DNA from: a virus
Length of the DNA stretch: 64,000 nt
Reading direction: 5' to 3' (one strand)
IMG/VR virus record: IMGVR_UViG_3300033388_005371
Span: 7,025 to 71,024 of that record
Part shown: one piece after another, positions 20,047-29,838 of the stretch
How positions within the stretch are numbered: position 1 is the stretch's first letter
How the letters are laid out: each line of letters starts with the position of its first letter
Notes under the pieces: model-generated
The model's input: the letters and a program-made list of their open reading frames with translations, nothing else
The model's database searches: none
What the model was told of the DNA's origin: nothing
Position numbers and translations under genes: made by a program

Positions 20047-20988
20047 ATGAAGAATATATTAATTACTGGTGGTGCTGGTTTCATTGGGTCACATGTTGCG
20101 AACCACTTTTATAAAAAATACCCAGAGTATAATATCTTTGTACTTGACGACTTACTATATGCCGCTAATGAGGGGTATATTAATAAAAAAATTAAATTAC
20201 TTAAGGTCAATATTTGTAATTACCTAGACTTAAATGAAGTATTTGTGGATTATAATATCACTGACATTATACACCTAGCTGCTGAATCACATGTTGATAA
20301 TTCAATTAAAAACCCAACAACTTTTATAGATACAAATATTGTTGGCACACACAACCTACTTATTCTAGCTAAAAAGTATTTTAATAGTGATAGTACATTC
20401 TATCATGTATCAACAGATGAGGTTTACGGGCATTTAAGTTTAACTGACAAACCTTTTACAGAAAATACCCGATATGACCCTAGAAGCCCTTATTCAGCAT
20501 CAAAAGCTGCTTCTGACCATTTAGTTAGGAGTTATTATCACACATTTAATTTACCTATTGTGATATCTAATTGTTCAAATAACTATGGACCACACCAACA
20601 CCTAGAAAAATTAATACCTAAAACAATAACAAACGCATTAAAAGGTGATAAGATACCAGTCTACGGTACTGGTGAGAATATTAGGGATTGGTTATGGGTT
20701 GGTGACCACGTTTCAGCTATTGATATAATATTCCATAAAGGTAAATGTGGTGAAACTTACAACGTTGGTGGGAATAATGAAATTAGTAATATTAATATCG
20801 TAAAACAAATATTAGATATTGTTGGTGCCTCACATAACCACATAGAATTTGTTGAAGACAGGTTGGGTCACGATTTTAGATACGCAATTGATAACACCAA
20901 ACTAAAAACTGAATTAGGGTGGGAACCAAAGAAAGATTTTATAAGTGGGATTAAAGAAACTACTTATTTTTATGGAAAAATATTGTGA
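20047..20988 (+). CDS. rfbB: dTDP-glucose 4,6-dehydratase
   Basis: ITGGAGFIG, HLAAESHVDNSI, HVSTDEVYG, PYSASKA, CSNNYGP, RDWLWV, DRLGHDFRYA. Confidence 0.95.
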   Translation: MKNILITGGAGFIGSHVANHFYKKYPEYNIFVLDDLLYAANEGYINKKIKLLKVNICNYLDLNEVFVDYNITDIIHLAAESHVDNSIKNPTTFIDTNIVGTHNLLILAKKYFNSDSTFYHVSTDEVYGHLSLTDKPFTENTRYDPRSPYSASKAASDHLVRSYYHTFNLPIVISNCSNNYGPHQHLEKLIPKTITNALKGDKIPVYGTGENIRDWLWVGDHVSAIDIIFHKGKCGETYNVGGNNEISNINIVKQILDIVGASHNHIEFVEDRLGHDFRYAIDNTKLKTELGWEPKKDFISGIKETTYFYGKIL

Positions 20989-21139
20989 TATAATATTTTT
21001 TTACATATATTTGCATTATATTAAACATATAAGTTTTAATGTTACTTGATATTATTAGGTAAACATATTAAACTAAAGGAACACACCCACCATCAATAGA
21101 TGGTTTAGGGTTATTTATAGATTGATAAAAAAAAATAAA

Positions 21140-21271
21140 ATGACTAAATCAAATTTTTTAATAGTGGAATCAAAAGAATTGGAAGAAATTAAAGAAATAA
21201 TTAAAACAACACCTAATAATTCGAATTTAGGTAAGAAAATTAGGGAATATATTAATAAACAAAAAAAATAA
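21140..21271 (+). CDS. Small hypothetical protein (43 aa, not in the ORF track)
   Basis: MTKSNFLIVESKELEEIKEIIKTTPNNSNLGKKIREYINKQKK*, downstream of TATATTTG at 21006-21013. Confidence 0.5.
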   Translation: MTKSNFLIVESKELEEIKEIIKTTPNNSNLGKKIREYINKQKK

Positions 21272-21276
21272 GAAAA

Positions 21277-21501
21277 ATGAAAAGAATTACAATACATTTA
21301 AGTGGCGTTAAACAAATATTAACTGAAAAAAAAGTTAAAAACGACAATAATGGTTATGATTATGTTAAGAAAAAAATTTGTATAAATACAATAACAAAAA
21401 AAGTCTTTAATGATGAGGACGGAATTACATTTATGAATAACTATATTGAAAGACATAGGGGACAAAAAGTAACCAAATATTATTTTACAAACATTAAATA
21501 A
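21277..21501 (+). CDS. Hypothetical protein
   Basis: 74-aa ORF ending before a bidirectional terminator. Confidence 0.55.
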   Translation: MKRITIHLSGVKQILTEKKVKNDNNGYDYVKKKICINTITKKVFNDEDGITFMNNYIERHRGQKVTKYYFTNIK

Positions 21502-21518
21502 TATACTGTTATTTATAC

Positions 21519-21556
21519 AAAAAAAAAAGGTCTAGAATTTCTAGACCTTTTTTTTT
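21519..21556. terminator. Bidirectional terminator between convergent units (ends the capsid transcript)
   Basis: A-tract-ggtctagaa-t-ttctagacc-T-tract. Confidence 0.85.
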
Positions 21557-21574
21557 ATATAAGTAATATTACTA

Positions 21575-23362
21575 TTATCTTAATTCTGCAATGTTGAATG
21601 TTGGAATACCGTCAACTCTTACGTGTCCGTAGAATCTATTGTTAACAACTTTCTTCGCATATCTTGTCATAATCCCCTTCACTGGTGCGAAGTTAAATGG
21701 ATTGTACATTGTAGGTGTTAATTGCATTGGTACGTAAGGTGCATAAATGTACCCTGTATCTAATAATGACTTACCTTTGTGACCGATAATCATTGAGTTA
21801 GCTGGAGCGTAAGGGTCTCTATATACTTGGTATCTACCAGATAATGAACCTACTCTCTCAATTCCCATGTTATATTGGTCTTGCTCAGGAGAAGCATCAC
21901 TTACGTGGAAGTACTCTAAATCATCCATTACTGCTGAGATTTCAGAAGAAACAACAATGAAGTTGGCTCCACCTCTCAAAGTAGACTTATGGATTTGTGC
22001 AGAAATTTGATTAACTTTAGTAATTAAAGTTTGGTTCCACTCTTTTTGTGTATATGGTGATGCAGCAGAAGAAGCTTTTCTCCATCCGTTGTAATCCCAT
22101 CTTAATTGCCATGCAGCAGCTTTTCTCAAATCTCTTAAGATTTCTCTATCGATTTCAGCAGCAACTTGCTCAGAAAGCATCGCAGTTAATTCAGCTTCAG
22201 CATCGATGTTGTGGAATGCACTAACATCTTGAGCTAATTCTGGTGACCATGTTGCTCTTAATTTTCTTTCTTCAACAGAAACAACAACTTCATCAAGTTT
22301 GAATGAAACCTCACCAAGCTCAGTTTCTAACTCTAAAGAAGCATATTCTGCCCATGAAGCTACGAAATCAGCAGAAGTAGCACCAGTAAGTGTAGTTCCA
22401 ATATAACCATCGTAAGTTTCAGTTACAGTAGCAGGGTGACTTAAATCAGCCTCTAAATATATGTTCCCTAAAGAATCACAAATATCATCATACTCAACAA
22501 TACCTTTACCGTATTTGTTTGTCACCAATCTAAATGGGATTTCAGCGTTAGCTGCAATAATCTCAACACCATCAGCATCAATAAATGGTGTAGAACCGTT
22601 AACAATCTTAAGTGATGCTAAGAACGACTCAGTATCCATGTTGTTACCATCTGGTCCAGTTAATCTACCCTTGTCATTTCCAGCTCCACCAGTGAATCCA
22701 GATACTCTTAACATAACGTTTCTTAAAGAACCGTCTGTAGATAATGCAGATGCTGAAGCATCAGCTTGGTCAGTAAACTCACCATTAGCACCCATAGTAA
22801 CGATTGTTACATTACCAGCAACAATAGTGATTTCACCCTTAGAAGCATCAAATAAACCATCATTGTAATAGATATCGTAAAGGTTCTTTGCAGCGAAATT
22901 AGTTAACGCACAACCAGCAGAAGCAGTAACACAATCTGGTAATTGGTCAGCCATAGATGTGTGTGCAGACAATGATGCATTACCTGTTAAATGTGGGTTA
23001 CCGTAGTTACCAGCATTATCTGTTCTATCAGATGTTTGTGGTACAAAGAAGAACAATTTACCAATAGGCATGTTCATTGCTTGTACTGAAACGATATCAT
23101 TCGCTAAAAGTTTAGAGAATACTCTCCTTACAATAGGAAATACTACTGTCTCGAAAGACCCAGAAGAATCTGCTGTAGTTGATTCGTTTAATAAATGAGA
23201 CGCTTCATTTTCATATAATTGAGCGATATTCTCTTTTACGTGTCCTTTAAGTCCCTCTAAGAAACCTAAACCTTCCCATTTTTGTTGAGTTTGTTGACGT
23301 ACTTGTTTCATGTGGTTTAATCCGATATTTCCGATTTCTCCAGATGTTAATAAATGATTCAT
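21575..23362 (-). CDS. Major capsid protein, T4 gp23 family, with a central insertion
   Basis: PIVRRVF..LLANDIVSVQAM, RKLRATWSPELAQD, HNIDAEAEL, EIDREI, GYIYAPYVP, GIMTRY. Confidence 0.95.
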   Translation of the reverse strand: MNHLLTSGEIGNIGLNHMKQVRQQTQQKWEGLGFLEGLKGHVKENIAQLYENEASHLLNESTTADSSGSFETVVFPIVRRVFSKLLANDIVSVQAMNMPIGKLFFFVPQTSDRTDNAGNYGNPHLTGNASLSAHTSMADQLPDCVTASAGCALTNFAAKNLYDIYYNDGLFDASKGEITIVAGNVTIVTMGANGEFTDQADASASALSTDGSLRNVMLRVSGFTGGAGNDKGRLTGPDGNNMDTESFLASLKIVNGSTPFIDADGVEIIAANAEIPFRLVTNKYGKGIVEYDDICDSLGNIYLEADLSHPATVTETYDGYIGTTLTGATSADFVASWAEYASLELETELGEVSFKLDEVVVSVEERKLRATWSPELAQDVSAFHNIDAEAELTAMLSEQVAAEIDREILRDLRKAAAWQLRWDYNGWRKASSAASPYTQKEWNQTLITKVNQISAQIHKSTLRGGANFIVVSSEISAVMDDLEYFHVSDASPEQDQYNMGIERVGSLSGRYQVYRDPYAPANSMIIGHKGKSLLDTGYIYAPYVPMQLTPTMYNPFNFAPVKGIMTRYAKKVVNNRFYGHVRVDGIPTFNIAELR

Positions 23363-23392
23363 AATTTTAATTTTTAAATCTTAATTGTTAGA

Positions 23393-24841
23393 TTAATTTT
23401 TTGGCGTTTCCACCCTTTTAATTAAATCTATTATTCTGTGTGTTGAAGCATCAACGTAAGCTGTGTTTTCATTTAATCGTTTAGAAACACTACTTCCAGC
23501 TTCTTTAGAAATTTTATTTTCTATCGCTTCATTGATTGGTGTTTTTTTAGTCAATTCAGATGCGATTGTTTTATATAACCTTTTTGATTCTTTGATAGTT
23601 GATACCTCATTATCAAATCTTGCAATAATTGCTTCCTTTTCCACTTTAGTTGTTGAGTGTTCAGTAAACAACCTTGTTACGTTGGTTAAATTAGTATTAA
23701 AAACAACTGTTTCCCCTAACATAGTTCTAAACTTTTTAAGTGCACCCTTAAATTCAGAGTTTTCTTGTTTTAATCGTTTAGATTCAGCTAAAAGTTTGTT
23801 GTATTTTTTAACAGTTTCCTCAAGTTTTTCATTTGTGTGCGCAGTACCAACATATTTAACTTTACCACCAACTTTTTTAGTCTCATCAACAACCTCTTCT
23901 TCATTTTCATCAATAGCTTCTTCTTTCTCCATAATGTGGTCAGCGTGATTATCACCACCTTTTTTACCATTATCGTCAAATCCACCTTTAAGATTGTCAC
24001 CAGCCCAGTTATCATCATTTTCATTTCCGACTTTAGCTTTTTGACCTTCGATGTCACCAGTATTAGGAGCCTTAGCTTCACTACCCATAGTCACATCAGA
24101 CGTTGATGTTCTTGGTTTACCGTTTGCAGTTGCACCAATACTTGTCTCTTCTGTTATTTCTTCATTTTCAGAAACCTCTTCCTCTTCTTCAAGTGTTACT
24201 TCATAAACAACACCCTCACCTAGACCTTCTTCGTAAGGAGTCTCAGTTTCAGTTTCTTCGTACTCACTATCAACACCCATCCCCATTTCTGAGTCAAGTC
24301 CTAACCCCATTTCTGGTGCTAATCCTTCTACTGATTCATCATTACCACCTAATTTAACATGGTACTCAGAACCACTAGGGTCTTTGATATGTACTTCATT
24401 ATCGGATACTACTTCGATTTCATCATCACCAGATAATTTCTTATATACAGAAATTACTTCCTCGTCTGATGCCCCAGTCATGTCCATTTCATAATCCTCT
24501 ACAGATTCTTCTTCACCACCATAGTTCATTTCACTATCTTCCGTGTCGTCCATACCAGCCTCTTCGTAGTCGTCAGATGCCACATCCAATTCTAATTCGT
24601 CTTCTTCAGTTTCATCACCAGCAACTTCATCATCACTAGCATCTTCTAAATCTAACTCATCAGCATCTTCAACATCCTCTTCCTCATAGTCATCTTCTTG
24701 CAAAGATTCTTTAACCAAACCATCAATTTCTTCTCTAGCTACACTACGAAGTATTTCTTTAGTATTGGAATTTAAAGCTTCTTGAATCCTATTCGCATCC
24801 AATAAAGCTTCTTCAATTATCGACTTTTTCTTTTCGGCCAT
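23393..24841 (-). CDS. Prohead core/scaffolding protein (gp22-like position)
   Basis: Very acidic, coiled-coil C-terminus, lies between protease and capsid genes. Confidence 0.75.
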   Translation of the reverse strand: MAEKKKSIIEEALLDANRIQEALNSNTKEILRSVAREEIDGLVKESLQEDDYEEEDVEDADELDLEDASDDEVAGDETEEDELELDVASDDYEEAGMDDTEDSEMNYGGEEESVEDYEMDMTGASDEEVISVYKKLSGDDEIEVVSDNEVHIKDPSGSEYHVKLGGNDESVEGLAPEMGLGLDSEMGMGVDSEYEETETETPYEEGLGEGVVYEVTLEEEEEVSENEEITEETSIGATANGKPRTSTSDVTMGSEAKAPNTGDIEGQKAKVGNENDDNWAGDNLKGGFDDNGKKGGDNHADHIMEKEEAIDENEEEVVDETKKVGGKVKYVGTAHTNEKLEETVKKYNKLLAESKRLKQENSEFKGALKKFRTMLGETVVFNTNLTNVTRLFTEHSTTKVEKEAIIARFDNEVSTIKESKRLYKTIASELTKKTPINEAIENKISKEAGSSVSKRLNENTAYVDASTHRIIDLIKRVETPKN

Positions 24842-24964
24842 TTTATTTTTCTTTTAGAAATTTTGTTAAATGAGCTTTACGCTCTTTCTTGTTAATAAAT
24901 ATGTATTAAAATTCAAAAAATCCTGTTTTCACTAAAAAAAACTGAATCTAATTTTAACACATGT

Positions 24965-25663
24965 TTAGTCATCAAGTAAAAATTTATTTAACTTGTCAAC
25001 TAATAGTGGTTTTTTCTTCTTAGTATTTTCCACAAACGGTCTCGCTTCTTGAGAACCTTTAAACATATAAGCACCTGGGGTTGACGGACTAGTAACAATA
25101 TCCCAACAGATTAATTCAAAATCATCTTGCACAATATTTTTTCCTTTTATTTCTTTAAGTGAACCAACACCTCTAGAAGAAACACCAACCCTAATTCCTT
25201 TTCTCAACATGTTGGCAACCCTATCACCCTCACATGAAATAATTCCTTGGGTAACAAAACCTGGTGACATTAAGATTTCTATTTCACCCACAAGTGTTTT
25301 ACCTTCCCACCATATCTTAGTGATTTCATGTGACACCCTATCGTTAGAAATTATAGATGATTCTGGGTGGTCCGATTCACCAATAGCTGACCTATTGTCA
25401 ATTAATACTTGATAAGCTTCCGCTTGTTTTCTTAATAAATGTTCTGGGTATATTCTTCCGTTTCTATTCTCAACTCCGTACTTCTGTAGGACTACAAATA
25501 ACTTCAATGGCTCAGCCATCACTATTCCACCTTTTTCTAACTTCTTAACCTCCGTAATGAAAGGTTTGTTACGAATGTCGTTTGGTGCGATAAACCCCGC
25601 ATCACTTTCAATCATAATACCGAAACCAGTTTTCCCAGCTTTTAATAATTTTATATCAGACAT
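24965..25663 (-). CDS. Prohead protease, T4 gp21 family
   Basis: NRNGRIYP, GESDHP, VSHEI, GVSSRGVGS, DFELICWDIVTSPSTPGA. Confidence 0.93.
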   Translation of the reverse strand: MSDIKLLKAGKTGFGIMIESDAGFIAPNDIRNKPFITEVKKLEKGGIVMAEPLKLFVVLQKYGVENRNGRIYPEHLLRKQAEAYQVLIDNRSAIGESDHPESSIISNDRVSHEITKIWWEGKTLVGEIEILMSPGFVTQGIISCEGDRVANMLRKGIRVGVSSRGVGSLKEIKGKNIVQDDFELICWDIVTSPSTPGAYMFKGSQEARPFVENTKKKKPLLVDKLNKFLLDD

Positions 25664-25699
25664 ATTGTTTGCTTTAGTAATAAATATATCACCACAAAC

Positions 25700-25732
25700 A
25701 AAAAACCCTTAACTGAATTAGTTAAGGGTTTT
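25700..25732. terminator. Rho-independent terminator
   Basis: aaaaacccttaact-gaatt-agttaagggttttt. Confidence 0.8.
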
Positions 25733-25751
25733 AATTGAAAATTATTTTATA

Positions 25752-26201
25752 TTAATTTTTCTTTTTATTAAAAGTAAATTGGTTAAAGTTATCCAAACAC
25801 GTTACTGCTTCACTAATTATACTCGATAATAATTCTGGTGTCGCCCCACCATTAATTGTACTATTATTTGAATGTTTTTGAAATATAGTCATCTCACAAT
25901 TCATAAAACTTCTCTTACCAAATCTAACACCAGATTCTCGCATATCTAAATCAACAATTGTCCTATCTGAATAAAACTTGTTCGGGTGTTTACCAACTAA
26001 GTGATTATAAGTTGATTGTCTAACACATTTATTTAGTTTACTAATCACCCTACCGTAATCCATATCTTTATCTGATGTTGGTTCACCCCAGGCTGATATA
26101 TTTACATAAATTGCTTTAGCGTTTTTATTATCAACGGTCCCACAAACTATATTGTAATTTGGTGATAAATCCATTTTCACTTCTTTCCCTCTTTTAGACA
26201 T
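25752..26201 (-). CDS. Hypothetical protein
   Basis: 149-aa ORF with its own promoter and terminator. Confidence 0.6.
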   Translation of the reverse strand: MSKRGKEVKMDLSPNYNIVCGTVDNKNAKAIYVNISAWGEPTSDKDMDYGRVISKLNKCVRQSTYNHLVGKHPNKFYSDRTIVDLDMRESGVRFGKRSFMNCEMTIFQKHSNNSTINGGATPELLSSIISEAVTCLDNFNQFTFNKKKN

Positions 26202-26232
26202 ACTTTACTATTATTAGTGTATTATTAGTATA

Positions 26233-26261
26233 AGTATAGTTATTTTTTTTTAAAATGTCAA
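26233..26261 (-). promoter_or_regulatory. Near-consensus sigma70-type promoter
   Basis: TTGACA-N17-TATACT on the minus strand, upstream of 26201. Confidence 0.55.
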
Positions 26262-26268
26262 CTAATAA

Positions 26269-26649
26269 TTACGACCCAAAAATTTTATCCCAAAAGATAG
26301 CAATAGTCATTAAAGCTTGAACTATCACCCATATCATCATGGCTTGTGTTTTAAACGTCTTAAAACTATCATGTTCTTTTAAATGTTGTGTTAATTGTGT
26401 TGGTGACATCTGTTCTTCCATTTTTTGTTTCCAATCCTTAATTTCTTTAAGTTCTGCGGTAGAAATGGTCTCCTGAACCTTAGCTTTCCAGTTTTTAATG
26501 TCATCTACAGTATTTTCGATTGTCTTAACCTTAGCTAGTTGAATACTTAACTCTTCAACTTTTTTATTAAAGTCGTCTTGTTTCCTAGAAATCTCATCTA
26601 ACCTGTGTAATATTAATTCTACATTCACGTTATCCATATTGTTTTCCAT
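26269..26649 (-). CDS. Coiled-coil protein with a C-terminal transmembrane helix (holin-like?)
   Basis: Heptad region, then AMMIWVIVQALMTIAIFW. Confidence 0.5.
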   Translation of the reverse strand: MENNMDNVNVELILHRLDEISRKQDDFNKKVEELSIQLAKVKTIENTVDDIKNWKAKVQETISTAELKEIKDWKQKMEEQMSPTQLTQHLKEHDSFKTFKTQAMMIWVIVQALMTIAIFWDKIFGS

Positions 26650-26656
26650 ATTTTAA

Positions 26657-27430
26657 TTATTCGCTTAAATCATTTTTTAATTCAATTAGTTTACTAATAT
26701 CACTTATAAAACTTTCTGAAATAAACTCTAATCTAAGTAACCTATCTTTTACTGCCAGTAATTTTTCCTTAGAATCAATATCAGACTCAACTAGATTTTT
26801 ATCAACTAAATCAATACATTCTCTTGAAAGATTTTCATAGATTTCTTTTTTACCATCTTCATCAGATTCTAAGATGGATTTAAAAACACTTTTTTCATTC
26901 TCACTTAATTCTGAGTACTTATCGTTAAACTTATCAACCGCAATATTTGATAAAACACTATTTGGTAAGTGATTCATCTCGACTGATTCTTTAACTTCAT
27001 TTTTTTTAATATAATCAACAACCCCACTTAATGATTCAACTATTGTATCAACATTTTTTGGTTTTTTATCAGTGAATATTAATGATGTGATATTCTCATG
27101 TAACTGACTGAAATCATTAGATTCTAAAGGTAATTTATCTTCCATAAGTAAAGCTTTAGTTAAAGACATGTTTGCCTCTCGTATTTCATCTTTTGAGTAT
27201 TTAGATAAAACATCAATGTTTGTCTTAACAAACTCAGTTGCTTTATGTTCATTTGTTTCTACCTTACCCTCTATATTGTTGTATATTAAGAATTGTGCTT
27301 TAAGGATTTTATTACCCTTAATAGATTTAACATACTCTTTAAATATTTTTTTCTTTTTTGTGTCATTTGTTGCAATCGCCTCAACCAATAATGAATTGAA
27401 TATATTTTTAATTTTCCCGAAATTTTGCAT
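26657..27430 (-). CDS. Putative head-assembly protein
   Basis: 257 aa, helical, downstream of the portal gene, late motif at 27447. Confidence 0.55.
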   Translation of the reverse strand: MQNFGKIKNIFNSLLVEAIATNDTKKKKIFKEYVKSIKGNKILKAQFLIYNNIEGKVETNEHKATEFVKTNIDVLSKYSKDEIREANMSLTKALLMEDKLPLESNDFSQLHENITSLIFTDKKPKNVDTIVESLSGVVDYIKKNEVKESVEMNHLPNSVLSNIAVDKFNDKYSELSENEKSVFKSILESDEDGKKEIYENLSRECIDLVDKNLVESDIDSKEKLLAVKDRLLRLEFISESFISDISKLIELKNDLSE

Positions 27431-27479
27431 AACTATTGAATTTATTAATAAATATTAGTGGTCAACCAAAAAGGTAGTT

Positions 27480-29540
27480 TTAATCACCTAATTTATTATC
27501 GATTTCATCAATCATATTATTAATGTCATCATTTATTTTAAGATTTTTATTAAACATTTTAGTTCTTTTCTCAATCTTTTCTTCTAATGGGGTTATAGAT
27601 TCAGCCAATTTATCTAAATAACTACCACTATATTTTTTAATTTTACGATTATGTTGTGCCACTAATCTTTTTTTACCTTCGGTTAACATATTATTAACTA
27701 TTTTGTAGTTTTCACCAAAATCTTCTACATCCCCATCAGCATCACCAAAATCCTCACTACCAGCACCATCAAAATCACCAGCATCACCTAAATCACCAAA
27801 ATCTTCTACATCCCCATCAGCATCACCAAAATCTTCCTCACCAGTTTCACCAAAATCTAAATCATCAGCACCTAAACCGCCGCCTCCACCGAAGCCACCT
27901 CCTCCAGCACCAGAAGAACCACCTTCTTCACCACCTTCTTCACCAGAAGAACCACCTTCTCTAGCGACATCCATATCACCATAAATTTTATCAACCTTAT
28001 CAAATAAACCAGTGTATTTAATAACTTGTGATGTATTTTCTAATTCAGAAGCTGCGGCTTTTTCCATTCGTTGTTCTAATAAATCTTGCTTAATCTCATC
28101 ATCAGACCACCCTAAAATCTCCCTCTTAGCCTTTGTCATACTCATAAGACCGAAACCATTACCAGAATCACTAACAGCGTCTTTATATGCGGTAATTTTT
28201 TGTTGTAGGTGTTCAATTTTAAGCATTTCCGCTTGAGTTGATGGGTTATTAAGTGTAAGTGTAAAGTTATCTAAATCTTCCTCAAACCCTAATAAGTATA
28301 GATGGATGATTGCAACTTTATTTAACTCCATAATCATCGCCTGTTGAATCCTATTTATCGTCCTAGAAAATCTAATATCTTGTAAAGCCAAATTTTTACC
28401 CTCACCAACAGCCTCTTCAAACCCTAAAAATGCTTTAGGTACCCTTAGTGCTGTAAATAGTTTTCTTTGTAAGTATTCAATATCTGCAATTTGGTCTAAG
28501 TTTTGGGCCCCTGGCAATGTATCTATCGGGTTTTGTGCGTTTTCATCTCTAACTGGGATAAAAATATCTTGGTCCATACCTAACTGGTTATATCTTAAAT
28601 CAATTTGACCAGTTTGTGGGTCAACCAACGGACTACGTTTAAACCTATTAGCGATATCATTAACATATGAAGGTACATCCTCGTTATCAATATTACCAAC
28701 AAACACTTTATACACTCTCCTTTCTGGGGCCCTTGTAACCCTATATACTAACATTGCGTCCTCAGATAACACAAGTTGTTTCCATATTCTTCTAGCCTTC
28801 TCTAATACAGATGTACCATAAGGTATCCTTCTATCATCACCAAGTAATCTAAAGTGAGCAATCTGCCATGAATTAAATTCAACATCTTTAGTTTTCCAGT
28901 AAAACTTAACATTATTTTGTTTATCATCATAATTAGAATCATATCTTTGTGTACCACCAACAACATCGTGAATATCACCCTCTTTTCTTTCCATCTCAAA
29001 AGTAGGTAACTGTTTAACCCCTTTAACACCTTCCTTATCACTTATATTTAAATAAACAAAATTATCACCATATTTACAAGTATTTCTAGTCCACATTGGT
29101 AATGAAGTGTGAATATCCAACCTATTTTTGAATAAATCCTCTAATATTGATTTAACTCTATTTGAGTCCGAATAAATATTAATAACTTGCCCCTTATCGT
29201 TAGGGGTAGTTGCTTCTTCCATCATAATATCCAACGCCGCTGAAATCTCAGGGTAAAATTCCATTGATTCAAAATCAGAATAAGAACCAATACGTGTTGT
29301 TTCGTAATGAATCGCTTGTTGGTACAACTCATTATCCACCTTAGACCACATACCACTAAGGTATTTATTTTGTTGAGCTTGTAACTTAGCTGCATTGTAT
29401 TCGTCCTTTGATTGAGTTTTAAGTAACTCGTCATTCCCCAACGAATAGTGATTAGTTTTATTTTTTGGTAAGTTCACACCATCTGGTGCAAATATATTAT
29501 TTAATCTTTGAAATACTGTCAAATTTTTCTTTTTTGCCAT
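27480..29540 (-). CDS. Portal protein, T4 gp20 family
   Basis: PEISAALDI, KYGDNF, YGTSVLEKARR, LVYRVTRAPERRVY, IDTLPGAQNL, LFTALRVPK, DIRFSRTI. Confidence 0.93.
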   Translation of the reverse strand: MAKKKNLTVFQRLNNIFAPDGVNLPKNKTNHYSLGNDELLKTQSKDEYNAAKLQAQQNKYLSGMWSKVDNELYQQAIHYETTRIGSYSDFESMEFYPEISAALDIMMEEATTPNDKGQVINIYSDSNRVKSILEDLFKNRLDIHTSLPMWTRNTCKYGDNFVYLNISDKEGVKGVKQLPTFEMERKEGDIHDVVGGTQRYDSNYDDKQNNVKFYWKTKDVEFNSWQIAHFRLLGDDRRIPYGTSVLEKARRIWKQLVLSEDAMLVYRVTRAPERRVYKVFVGNIDNEDVPSYVNDIANRFKRSPLVDPQTGQIDLRYNQLGMDQDIFIPVRDENAQNPIDTLPGAQNLDQIADIEYLQRKLFTALRVPKAFLGFEEAVGEGKNLALQDIRFSRTINRIQQAMIMELNKVAIIHLYLLGFEEDLDNFTLTLNNPSTQAEMLKIEHLQQKITAYKDAVSDSGNGFGLMSMTKAKREILGWSDDEIKQDLLEQRMEKAAASELENTSQVIKYTGLFDKVDKIYGDMDVAREGGSSGEEGGEEGGSSGAGGGGFGGGGGLGADDLDFGETGEEDFGDADGDVEDFGDLGDAGDFDGAGSEDFGDADGDVEDFGENYKIVNNMLTEGKKRLVAQHNRKIKKYSGSYLDKLAESITPLEEKIEKRTKMFNKNLKINDDINNMIDEIDNKLGD
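27712..27833 (-). repeat. 41-bp direct duplication in the acidic portal tail (DFGDADGDVEDFG x2)
   Basis: Identical copies at 27712-27752 and 27793-27833. Confidence 0.85.
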
Positions 29541-29587
29541 AACTCTATTTTTACACTATTATAACCTATTATTAACCAAATTAAAGG

Positions 29588-29830
29588 TTATTTCACATAA
29601 TCACACTCAACGTAAGCAATCCTATGTTGTTGACCTTTTGAATCAACAGTAATTTCAGCCATATACCTAACAATCCAGTCTTCACCTTGAGACCTTGGCA
29701 CAGCTGTACACCCAGTATTTCCACTAAGTTTAAATTTTTTCGCCTTCTTATCAGAAGCGGATGGAGACCATTTATATAAGTTTTTATCATATGGTTTCCT
29801 TACGAATGTTTTATTTTTATCTAACCCCAT
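29588..29830 (-). CDS. Hypothetical protein between terminase and portal
   Basis: 80-aa ORF. Confidence 0.55.
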   Translation of the reverse strand: MGLDKNKTFVRKPYDKNLYKWSPSASDKKAKKFKLSGNTGCTAVPRSQGEDWIVRYMAEITVDSKGQQHRIAYVECDYVK

Positions 29831-29838
29831 AATTATAA

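Noticed and set aside
21115-21297. 60-aa minus-strand ORF
   Set aside because: It is the antisense shadow of a more plausible plus-strand ORF (21140..21271) that follows a promoter
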